DNA of 64,000 nucleotides from a virus, in the IMG/VR virus record IMGVR_UViG_3300025132_000021, positions 1 through 64,000 of that record. One strand, written 5' to 3'. Positions 55,236 through 64,000 of the stretch are shown here, piece after piece. Under the pieces are notes generated by a model. It was not told the DNA's origin and searched no databases. It worked only from the letters and a program-made list of their open reading frames with translations. Both the position numbers and the translations under genes were made by a program. Numbering within the stretch: position 1 is the first letter of the stretch; the number at the start of each line of letters is the position of its first letter.

Positions 55236-58200
55236 ATGGTAGATGAAGTAGAAGATATGGGACTAACTGTTCCAGAAGATGTTGAAGAAGTAATGGAAAC
55301 TTTAATTGAAGAAGTCGTTGAACCCACACCAGTTGAGCCAAAACTTTCAGGTTCAATCAAAGAACAACTCACTGCATTAGTTGGCGAAGATGGTGTTAGC
55401 ACTTTAGAAGAAGTTGCTAAATCTACTTACAAAGATTTAGATGAGTTCGCTAAGATTACAGTTATTGATACTGCTCTTGATTCTTTAGAGATTTTTACTG
55501 GTAAGAATCGTAGTCCTTTGAACATGGTTGCTTTGGATGCTGATGGAAACACTATTGACTTAGATGATGCAGGTATGGAACTTGCTGACAAAGGCTACGA
55601 AGGTTTCTCTTTAGATTCAGTCTTTGAGACCACCGTTTTTGAACCCGGATTTAGCCCAGAAAATATGGGAACTGCTCTCAAAGAAGTATTCCGTGCAAAA
55701 CTTACTTTAGGAGATTGGGAAGCCAAGCAAAAAACTCACACTGAACTACTTGACCCAGTGCGTAAGGCTATGACTCAACTCGGAGAAGTTTTCGGTTTTG
55801 ATAACTATGAACACTTAGAAATGTTCTTTGCAGCATGGTTGATGAAAGATTCTACTTGCCGTTTGTCTGGTATTCCCGGAACTGGTAAGACCACGGTTAT
55901 TGAATCAGCAGCAGTTCTGTTGTGCAATTCTTATGGATTCAACAAACAATCTCGTTTCGTTGCCCCAATCCGTGCTGACCCATATACTATGGAAGAATTA
56001 TTCGGAGAGAATCGTTCCTATGTGGCTCAAGAATACCCATCAGGTATGGAATATAACCTAACTTACTCAAACTCTGCTTATGAAACAGTTCGCAACGATT
56101 GGGACGAATGGCGTTTCACCAGTTGGTCTCGTCCCGGTGGTCGCAACCGTTCAGGTGCTTATCTTTATGATATGTCATTCTTGCACCCATCAGGTAAGCG
56201 TGATGGAGAACCATTCCAGAAAAAAGCCTTGGAAATTGGAAACTTTTACAAGTTGTTGAACAATTGTTATGTCGTTCAGGCTCCAGTTCAAGGATTTACT
56301 GACCCATCAGAAGGAAAGTCAGAAGGTAAAGAACTTTTGAAACAATTAGAGGAAGACCAAATCCAAACCGTAGTAGCACCTATCAAGTTGCTTAACGCTG
56401 ATGGAACTTTGGCTGATTTTGGAACACCATTGGTGTATGATGTTTATGATGTCCGAGGCAACAAGCATCAATTCCCAATGCAAGTCCGTTTCCCAGATGT
56501 AAATATGGCGGCTGAAACTGAAAACACTCAAAATTACAAGTGGATTTTAGAACAAGGAGATGCTACCGAGTTTATTCAAGATGGATACGGTTTGTTCACT
56601 GATGCTGGCCGTTCCGAAGGATACGGATTCCGTCAATATCTTATTGAAAACTTTGTAGACTTGCGAAGCAAAGATGCTCGTATTTCAGGAAAGTGGAAGC
56701 CAATTCTTGAAGAAATGCTTGAAGAAATTGGTGTGGCAAAGATTGACTACGAAAAGCGTGCTGATGAAGTATTGTATGGTATTGAGATTCAACAATCCAC
56801 TGTCACTGATAAAATCCGTGATGCTCAGATTTCAACTTATGAGTTTGAACCAGTGCCTCGTCCAATTGTTACTCAACCTATCAAGTTCTTTAACGAAGCC
56901 AACCGTTCACAGGCTGGTGTAGAAGACGCAGTTCTGGGTCTAATTGCCGAGCGAAAGGTAGAATACCGTGGTAAATCTTTTGATTCTCCAAACTTTGTTG
57001 CTTGGATGGACACTAACCCTCACCAAAAAGGAAACGACCTTGCGTTTATTGACCGTATTGATATGGAACTTTTGTTTAAGTCTATCTCTCTCGGTGAACG
57101 CTACTCACAATTGAGTGGTCGTTTCGGTGGTGGCGGTGGATTAGCCCCACAAGAACAAATTGTTTCTAAGTTAGCAGCAGGTGGCGACATTGGATTCACT
57201 GCTCTAAGATTCGGCAATCTTGCTAATCTGTGGCAATTCGTTCAGAAACAAGTTGGATTCGCACCACCGGGTCAGCAACCCGGGACCAGCACTTACGATG
57301 CTTTGCGTGAAATCTCTTATATTTCAGTTCTCTTCACCCAGCGTTTCCTTCCTCGCAACACCACCCTAAAGTCAGGAAATGAGACATTCAATGTAAGTGC
57401 TAAACAGGATTTCAATGAATCTCCGCTTATGGATTTCTCGGTGACTACTAATACTAACGAAGAAGGAAAGTCCAACATTAAACTTCAATCTGATATTAGA
57501 ACAACTTATTCCCAGCACACACCATCTAACATTGACCGTGTTCTTGGTTTCCGTTTCACTAACTCTTTGGTAAAACTTTCGTCAGCATTGGCCTTCCTTC
57601 GTGGAAAGTCTTATGTTACTCGTCAAGAAATCCTTGATGGGCTACCTTATGTGACTGCTCACCGATTAGGTCGTGCTAAATCCAGTAAAGGAGAAATCCA
57701 AGGTTTGCCAGCAGGTCTTCAGTTCAATAACGAACAAGAGTGGATTCGTGAAGCCATTGTTAATGGTTATCTACTTCAAGAAACCAACATTGGTTTCAGT
57801 CAAGGTGGATTACCACTTATGGACATTTGGGATTTGTATTACCGCCGATGTGTAGATGCACTTAAGAGCGCACCTGCACTCTTTTGGTATGAACAACAAG
57901 TGTTGATTCCATTACATAAAGCATTGATTGAAGCAGGCGCAGATGTGGGCAACAAGTTCACACCAGTTCACTGGCATATTGCTACTATGGTTGTTCAAAA
58001 CGAAAAGTCTGCAACTATGCAAAGTTTGACTAAGCCTTACCGAACCTACGCTCACGGTGATGATTACCAATCTAACTACAACCATTACCTAACTCGTGTT
58101 TTCAGCAATCCTAACCCTTCTAAGACTACGGCTGACCAATCATTATATGATTACTACCAACTTCGTGGTGAAATCTGTTCCGAACCTAACTTGTTCTCGG

Positions 58201-59204
58201 ACGACCGTGAAACTTTGTTAGAACTTTTGGCTTCTACTATGGATACCATTTCAGGCAAAGGCGCACCGGGCGGAAAAGGTTCAGGAGTTGCCAACCCAAC
58301 AGCGATTGTTGCTTCTAAGAAATTATCAGCCAAGACCCAAGCCAACGCACAACGCTATTCCGATACAACTTCATTCCAATGGAGAACCTATCAAGATTCC
58401 ATCGGAACATGGGGTCGTATGCTACAACTTGATGGAACAAGTGGTGTAGGAGGAGGCGCAACTGATGTTTTCACCGCATCCCAAACTTCTACGAGTCAAA
58501 AAGTTGCTGCTTCTTTTGCAGACCAAGCCCTAATGATTACAGGCCGTATGGAAGTCAAAGAACCCTCTAAGCGAGCCAGCGTTGCAGGTTCAGCCAGTTC
58601 CATGCAAAGAGACCAAATGATTACCCAACTCAACAAAGTTGAAATGGCATTTGCATCTTATCTGGGCGAAGGAGTTCGGATTCTAAGCGCAGCCGACGGC
58701 TCAACAGAAACCATGACATTTAATCAGTTAATGTCGGCTTGTCGTGAGTTTGTCACTCAATACCCTGCTCGTAAAGACATTACCACAGGGGCTTTTGAAG
58801 TTAATGGAATAGAAGTAGACCTACAAACAGAAGGTTTAATGGCTTGCTTCCCATTAGCCCACACAGCAGGTGCGCCTATGTCTACTGAATACACAGGTGA
58901 TGATTCTTTGCGTTTGTGGGTTCGTTTGTTTGAATCCAACCTAACTGGCAAAAAGGCAGCCACTCAATCAGGAGGTTCGGCTTTCGTAACTCTTAACTTT
59001 ACTATGGGTATCACTTCTAACTGGGCAACCAAGAAGGGAGATTTCCTTAATGTTGTTCCTTCAACAGATGATGACAAGAAAGCCTACATTATTGAAACTT
59101 ACAATGGTTCAGACCTACAAGACACAGGAAACTTGTCCAAGACTGACCTACTTAATTATCAATTCATGTTTGCAGAGTCTCTCAAAGAAGACACGGCTTA
59201 TTGA
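55236..59204 (+). CDS. Giant MoxR/RavA-like AAA+ ATPase with large insertions
   Basis: Walker A GIPGTGKT; Walker B FFNEANR; VLGLIAERKV; DTNP; AFIDRID; lid ALAFLRGKSYV..VTAHR. Confidence 0.85.
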   Translation: MVDEVEDMGLTVPEDVEEVMETLIEEVVEPTPVEPKLSGSIKEQLTALVGEDGVSTLEEVAKSTYKDLDEFAKITVIDTALDSLEIFTGKNRSPLNMVALDADGNTIDLDDAGMELADKGYEGFSLDSVFETTVFEPGFSPENMGTALKEVFRAKLTLGDWEAKQKTHTELLDPVRKAMTQLGEVFGFDNYEHLEMFFAAWLMKDSTCRLSGIPGTGKTTVIESAAVLLCNSYGFNKQSRFVAPIRADPYTMEELFGENRSYVAQEYPSGMEYNLTYSNSAYETVRNDWDEWRFTSWSRPGGRNRSGAYLYDMSFLHPSGKRDGEPFQKKALEIGNFYKLLNNCYVVQAPVQGFTDPSEGKSEGKELLKQLEEDQIQTVVAPIKLLNADGTLADFGTPLVYDVYDVRGNKHQFPMQVRFPDVNMAAETENTQNYKWILEQGDATEFIQDGYGLFTDAGRSEGYGFRQYLIENFVDLRSKDARISGKWKPILEEMLEEIGVAKIDYEKRADEVLYGIEIQQSTVTDKIRDAQISTYEFEPVPRPIVTQPIKFFNEANRSQAGVEDAVLGLIAERKVEYRGKSFDSPNFVAWMDTNPHQKGNDLAFIDRIDMELLFKSISLGERYSQLSGRFGGGGGLAPQEQIVSKLAAGGDIGFTALRFGNLANLWQFVQKQVGFAPPGQQPGTSTYDALREISYISVLFTQRFLPRNTTLKSGNETFNVSAKQDFNESPLMDFSVTTNTNEEGKSNIKLQSDIRTTYSQHTPSNIDRVLGFRFTNSLVKLSSALAFLRGKSYVTRQEILDGLPYVTAHRLGRAKSSKGEIQGLPAGLQFNNEQEWIREAIVNGYLLQETNIGFSQGGLPLMDIWDLYYRRCVDALKSAPALFWYEQQVLIPLHKALIEAGADVGNKFTPVHWHIATMVVQNEKSATMQSLTKPYRTYAHGDDYQSNYNHYLTRVFSNPNPSKTTADQSLYDYYQLRGEICSEPNLFSDDRETLLELLASTMDTISGKGAPGGKGSGVANPTAIVASKKLSAKTQANAQRYSDTTSFQWRTYQDSIGTWGRMLQLDGTSGVGGGATDVFTASQTSTSQKVAASFADQALMITGRMEVKEPSKRASVAGSASSMQRDQMITQLNKVEMAFASYLGEGVRILSAADGSTETMTFNQLMSACREFVTQYPARKDITTGAFEVNGIEVDLQTEGLMACFPLAHTAGAPMSTEYTGDDSLRLWVRLFESNLTGKKAATQSGGSAFVTLNFTMGITSNWATKKGDFLNVVPSTDDDKKAYIIETYNGSDLQDTGNLSKTDLLNYQFMFAESLKEDTAY

Positions 59205-59240
59205 GAAAGTTTAAGTAGTTGAAGCCCATAAGGGATAGTG

Positions 59241-60575
59241 ATGACGGCTGGTTATTACGAAAAACCCGGTGGGGCTAATTTACCTCCAGAATTAGTGACT
59301 GCTGCTAATCGTTTGCGAGGCATCAATGGTTTAACTAACAAAATTGTTATTGTTCCTTCGGCCATGCACGAAGCCTACACTAATATGACTTACATTTCTC
59401 TATCAGGAGATTATCTTTCTATGGCTATGGAGGGAAACTATCATGGTTATCCAGAAAAACGCCTCCGTGAAGATTTAGATTTCGTTATTCAACACGAGAT
59501 TGGACATTTGAATATCCACCCCGGAGTTGCAGGCGGCGGTTGGAAATCCGAAATTGAAGCCATGCCCGTTGAAGGCAATAAAAAGGGTCAATGGTCTAAT
59601 GTATTATCTGATGTTATCGTCAATTACAACGCAGCCAATGGAACTCAATTGACAATTGGAGGCAAAGAAAAACTGGCCGAAGTTGCTCGTATGAGTAAGG
59701 CTATGTGGAATGCTTATGGAGGAGGATTCCGTAGTTGTTTTGATGGCTCTGCTAAAAACATGGGTTGTATTAAGCATCGTGAACTTCTTGATGCAGGAAA
59801 ATTAGTAGATAATCGCTACAATAACGGTCGTTATGACCCTCACGCCGCAGGAAATCCATATCTTGCAGCCGAAGATACACCAGAGTTTCAAAAATTATTG
59901 GGTCATGGTCGTGCGCCGCAGTTATATCCTGCTATTGCTCATTGTGTGGCTAACAAAATGCCTGTTGGCACAGATATGGGACCGGGAATGGGTCAATCCA
60001 GAACTGTTCAAGATTACCCAGATAATTGGAAACAAGTTAAACTTTTGGCTTCATTAGACATAGAATACTCCCCTAATGCAGATAAATGGTTGGGTTATAA
60101 CCCAACCCCCGGTAGTTGCCCCCTAACAGGAGGCTCAACTGAAAAAGTAGGTTCAATTGGTGCTGGTGAGTATCAAGTAGTGGCTACTCGCACTTATGAT
60201 GGAATAGAAAATCCAAAAAATGTTAGACCCATTGAGTTTTTCAAATTACGAAATGGAAGCAAAGATATTTGGGTTCCAGCCCACTATTGTATTAGCAAGT
60301 GTCCTCATTGTGGTGAGCCAGCAGCGAGTCAGTTTCAACTGGGCATGGGCTACAAACCAGCCCTCGCAGGACTGGTGGGTAGAGGAGATATAGACCAAGA
60401 CACAATTTCTCAAATTGAAAACAGCAAACTTTACAATGTTTTACTTTGTAATCTTAATGCAGGACTCTATGCTACATCTCAAGAAGGTTTTGATGGTAAA
60501 ACTGGACGAGATGCAGGAATAGCCTTTTTGAATGCTTGTGCTTGGGACAGACACCTATGTATGATTGGACGGTGA
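59241..60575 (+). CDS. Zincin metallopeptidase (vWA-associated type) with Zn ribbon
   Basis: QHEIGH...NVLSDVIVN; CPHC; TTTAAGTAG at 59210. Confidence 0.75.
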   Translation: MTAGYYEKPGGANLPPELVTAANRLRGINGLTNKIVIVPSAMHEAYTNMTYISLSGDYLSMAMEGNYHGYPEKRLREDLDFVIQHEIGHLNIHPGVAGGGWKSEIEAMPVEGNKKGQWSNVLSDVIVNYNAANGTQLTIGGKEKLAEVARMSKAMWNAYGGGFRSCFDGSAKNMGCIKHRELLDAGKLVDNRYNNGRYDPHAAGNPYLAAEDTPEFQKLLGHGRAPQLYPAIAHCVANKMPVGTDMGPGMGQSRTVQDYPDNWKQVKLLASLDIEYSPNADKWLGYNPTPGSCPLTGGSTEKVGSIGAGEYQVVATRTYDGIENPKNVRPIEFFKLRNGSKDIWVPAHYCISKCPHCGEPAASQFQLGMGYKPALAGLVGRGDIDQDTISQIENSKLYNVLLCNLNAGLYATSQEGFDGKTGRDAGIAFLNACAWDRHLCMIGR

Positions 60576-60579
60576 TATT

Positions 60580-63399
60580 ATGCCTTATGAAAGTAACACT
60601 TACATTTCGGAGAAGGGTAGAGAATACTCTGAACACATTTTTGATTCTTTGTTTCCATCCGACCCAACCACAGGTGAGATGATTGTTAATACGGTCTCTG
60701 ATGTAGTAGACCATTTCCGAGGACCCGGTGGAGATAACTTGCACAACACTTGTCAAATGATGAAAAAGTTTATTCAAGGTTATGAACAATTTGGTTGGAT
60801 AGAATCTTTTAATTCAGGAATCCATATTTGTCCAAAATGTCATCGTAGAGATTTTATTTGGTATTGGGAGTATCTTGATTTCGGACTTCGTTTAGATAAT
60901 GAGGAATGGACTTCTTCAGTAAAACTTCAGAAACAAGAGTATGATGTTGGAGGGGGCATGACCGATGTTGGCTATCGTTTTAACTGTCGTGTTCGTTGTA
61001 ATGAGGCTACTACTTGTAATCAGTGCCACGAAACAGTGACAGGAAAGTTTAGTAATTGTAAATCTTGTGGTTCTTCTGATGTATCTCAAGTAGGATGTGG
61101 TCACGAATCTTATACACAACATCTTGTTAAAGATAATAAATGGCAAACTTGGGTTGAGTCTGACCGAGGCCGAACCCAACAAAGAAGTATTTCTGTTTGG
61201 AATGAAGGCACAGGACAAATCTCCCCAACTTACAATATGCGACCCTTTATGTTCAGAGTAGCGTATAATGGCCCAGCACCTAAAGGGAAAATTATTACTG
61301 AACCTTCAGATGCTTACCAGTATATGCCTTCTTTAGAAATTGGTTATGAAACTTATGATGGAGAGCATCAAAGACCTTATGGCTACAAATGTCCCAATAG
61401 TGATTGTAATTTTGTCCGATATGCACCTCCTAATGGAGAAAAATATGATGTTGAGATTAGTGGTAGTTATCAGCAAACTAAAATGCAACTTTCAGGAACA
61501 AGCGACAAACCAAGTGGTATTTATCCTACTATCAATAATGGGAGAGAAGAAAACTGTGGTTTAGTCGGCAATATGGGTTCATGCCCAATGCCAAGTTGTT
61601 CTGGAACAAAATTAGTCCCCAACATATCTATCAAAGAAAAACTACCCTCTATTTGTTTCAAAGGTGGTAATCCCAAGATGGCAAGAACAGTGACCAGCAG
61701 TTGGCGAGTCGGAACTAAAGAGCCAGATGACGAGGGTATTCAAATAATCACTCAATATGTCAATAGACAGGTTGCTCGCTACCGAAACGCCACTCCAGTT
61801 TCATATCCATTTACGCCAGCCCTTCGTGCTTTTGCCCGTAGTCGTTCCGAGATTTGTCTTAAATGTTATCATTCTTCTTATTATGGTGGAGAATCAGCCC
61901 AATACTTTTGGAAACATGGAAAACTTCAAAATGAATGTGTCTTTTGTGGAGAATGGAAACCCTCGGAGAGAGCATTACATCCAAAAATGAGAATGAATCC
62001 ACCTATGCGAATGAAAATTGTTAATCCACAACCACTTGTGCCACCTCATATAGTAATCACACCTTCTGGACCTGCGATGAAAATGGGAGATTTAGGGGGA
62101 AGTATGAGAAGTGGACAATTAGATGAAACAGGAGGTATGATTTGGTCTATTCGTATGGATTGCCCACAAGCCCCAGAGTTTGCTTTGATGCAAATGCAAT
62201 TACAGATGTGGAGTTTAATGTCAATTCCAGAAAGTCCTATTGGACCACCAATGACAGGACAAGGAATCCAAATGTGTCCTAATGATGTAGAAGGCGTGGC
62301 CTTTGGAGAAGTAGCCAAAGAAAGATTAGAAGAAAAAATGAAAGAAGTTGAAGTCAAGGAAGATTCCGAAGAAGTTTTGACTACGAAGTTAGTTAATCTT
62401 AAGGGTGATGCACCTGACGGTTCAGGAACTATGAGAGATTATTGGAAAAGATTACAAACGGAATCCGAAGTGCCATTAAAAATAATAGTAGGTTCAAGAG
62501 TTGAGATAATTGGTGTAGACCGAGATGCAGAGTTTCAAACTATCACTACGGGAGATTTACTCAAATACCGACCCGGTGATTTAGAGGACAATCCTATTGG
62601 TCGCCAGTGGCAAGCCAAAGTCCGAACTGAAAATCTTTTACTACCGCCCGGAGAAGATTCTTTATTAGGAATCACAGCACCCGGTTTTTCCTTTGTGGTT
62701 TGTGAAGGCCGTAGTCGTGAAGCCTACCGAGATAAGCGAACCAATAATTGGGTTGATGTTAGCCCTGAATGTATTTCTTATCATAATCGTGAAGACCCCG
62801 CAAATCCACTTACAGACCCAATTTATTATCCACGATGGACACAAACTCCTGCTAACGATTTAAGACCACCCGCACGAGGCACTTCAGAAGGAACTACGGT
62901 TGCTAATGATGGAGATTATTATTGGAATCACACCACACACTTTTGTCAAGACCAATATGTTATTAACGATTATCTTTCTCAATTTATGGGAGGAAGTGCG
63001 TCAGAACCCACTTTAGAAAAGAGATTCCATGATTTCGGTTATGCTTGCGACCCAATTATTCAAGTAGACAAAGGTATTTACTACAATGTTTATGAATGTG
63101 CTACTTGTAAGAAAAAGTATGATATTGGCAGAGAACTACAAGCAGATGGAACATACAGCGAAGGCGCAGCCTCTATCGCTTACTGGAGTTCTAAAGGATT
63201 AGTAGATTCTGAAGGTAAAACTACGGATGAAGATTTATTCCCTCAAGAGTGCATTGATGCAGCCATTGAACAAGAAGAAGAAAACCCTGCAAACTTTGGT
63301 GTAGAAGATGCGACTATGCAAAACATGGGTCGTGGCGGTGGCCGAAGTGCCAAAGAAATGTTAGAAAATCCGAGATTGGTGGTGGAATTAGATGAATAA
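60580..63399 (+). CDS. Large Cys-rich multi-zinc-ribbon protein
   Basis: Multiple CxxC/CPxxxC pairs; GGTGA SD before ATG 60580. Confidence 0.7.
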   Translation: MPYESNTYISEKGREYSEHIFDSLFPSDPTTGEMIVNTVSDVVDHFRGPGGDNLHNTCQMMKKFIQGYEQFGWIESFNSGIHICPKCHRRDFIWYWEYLDFGLRLDNEEWTSSVKLQKQEYDVGGGMTDVGYRFNCRVRCNEATTCNQCHETVTGKFSNCKSCGSSDVSQVGCGHESYTQHLVKDNKWQTWVESDRGRTQQRSISVWNEGTGQISPTYNMRPFMFRVAYNGPAPKGKIITEPSDAYQYMPSLEIGYETYDGEHQRPYGYKCPNSDCNFVRYAPPNGEKYDVEISGSYQQTKMQLSGTSDKPSGIYPTINNGREENCGLVGNMGSCPMPSCSGTKLVPNISIKEKLPSICFKGGNPKMARTVTSSWRVGTKEPDDEGIQIITQYVNRQVARYRNATPVSYPFTPALRAFARSRSEICLKCYHSSYYGGESAQYFWKHGKLQNECVFCGEWKPSERALHPKMRMNPPMRMKIVNPQPLVPPHIVITPSGPAMKMGDLGGSMRSGQLDETGGMIWSIRMDCPQAPEFALMQMQLQMWSLMSIPESPIGPPMTGQGIQMCPNDVEGVAFGEVAKERLEEKMKEVEVKEDSEEVLTTKLVNLKGDAPDGSGTMRDYWKRLQTESEVPLKIIVGSRVEIIGVDRDAEFQTITTGDLLKYRPGDLEDNPIGRQWQAKVRTENLLLPPGEDSLLGITAPGFSFVVCEGRSREAYRDKRTNNWVDVSPECISYHNREDPANPLTDPIYYPRWTQTPANDLRPPARGTSEGTTVANDGDYYWNHTTHFCQDQYVINDYLSQFMGGSASEPTLEKRFHDFGYACDPIIQVDKGIYYNVYECATCKKKYDIGRELQADGTYSEGAASIAYWSSKGLVDSEGKTTDEDLFPQECIDAAIEQEEENPANFGVEDATMQNMGRGGGRSAKEMLENPRLVVELDE

Positions 63400-63498
63400 G
63401 ATGAAATGTATAAAGCCGTTAGTCCATAATCCCCAATTTGAAGGAAAACATCATTGTAAGCATTGTGCCAGAGAAGCCACAGAACAGGAGGAATCTCA

Positions 63499-64000
63499 AT
63501 GAGTGATGTTCAAGCAGATTCGTGGGTAGACAACCCTTTTACTTTTGCCAAACAGTTTCCGTTGCCCGATATTAAGCCGTTGCCAGTTTCCCTTCGTAAT
63601 CCACTTAAAGATTGTTTTACGGCTTTGAAAGCAAAGTATATCAAAATGCCACCTGCTAAAATCAATCCTGTTGAACCAGTTAGCACTACTCAATGGACAC
63701 CTGAAATGGGAATGGGAGATACTTTAGCAGACCGATTCGCACCTAACCCTGCTTTTATTGGTTTGCCTCTTAAGCGTAAAGAAGTTCCAACCCAGCGTGG
63801 AACAAAAGGGTGGAACACTCATTACAACATCATGGTAGACCAATCAGGTTCTATGCAAGCACCATCCACCGATTTTGACGGAGTTACTATGGATAGAAGT
63901 ATGGTTTGTCGCTTGGCAACCGCTTGTTTAATCCAACAAGCCAGTTTGAACATAGACAGTTTTACTATTTACACCTATAACGATGTTGGCAAACTTGCAT
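63499..64000 (+). CDS. vWA domain protein (truncated by window end, not in ORF track)
   Basis: Open frame from ATG 63499 (AGGAGG SD) containing YNIMVDQSGSM, a MIDAS DxSGS motif. Confidence 0.85.
   Translation, partial: MSDVQADSWVDNPFTFAKQFPLPDIKPLPVSLRNPLKDCFTALKAKYIKMPPAKINPVEPVSTTQWTPEMGMGDTLADRFAPNPAFIGLPLKRKEVPTQRGTKGWNTHYNIMVDQSGSMQAPSTDFDGVTMDRSMVCRLATACLIQQASLNIDSFTIYTYNDVGKLA

Noticed and set aside
55900-56750. Possible intein in the AAA ATPase insertion
   Set aside because: No C-terminal HN-[CST] splice junction or LAGLIDADG motifs seen.

Overview
Gene-dense, mostly plus-strand segment of a large archaeal virus or virus-like extrachromosomal element. The host is probably a marine Thermoplasmatota/Poseidoniales (MGII)-type archaeon; this is an inference. 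It encodes archaeal-type information-processing genes (TBP, PolD small subunit DP1, PCNA, XPF/ERCC4 nuclease). It also carries phage-type replication, repair and nucleotide genes (5'-3' exonuclease, DnaQ exonuclease, Fpg, T4 EndoV-like glycosylase, class II RNR, MazG, deaminase, deoxyribosyltransferase), a Get3/ArsA ATPase, a MoxR-AAA/metallopeptidase/vWA operon and many orphans. I recognised no capsid, terminase or portal gene in this window. Many genes lie 29-31 nt downstream of a TATA-like box (leaderless), and one class has an almost invariant TTTAAGTATCA box (12 copies). Most notable: (i) polyprotein-like ORFs whose unrelated modules are joined by a recurrent [FYWM]-x-[AS]-[ED] motif, a candidate protease cleavage code; (ii) a protein with two copies of the archaeal ribosomal-stalk C-terminal peptide (GFAGLGSLFG); (iii) three promoter-bearing structured ncRNAs, including an 80-nt RNA exposing anti-Shine-Dalgarno-like loops and an expanded tRNA-like RNA; (iv) a Get3-like ATPase alongside a set of tail-anchored membrane proteins. 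All calls come from reading motifs by eye; no searches were run.
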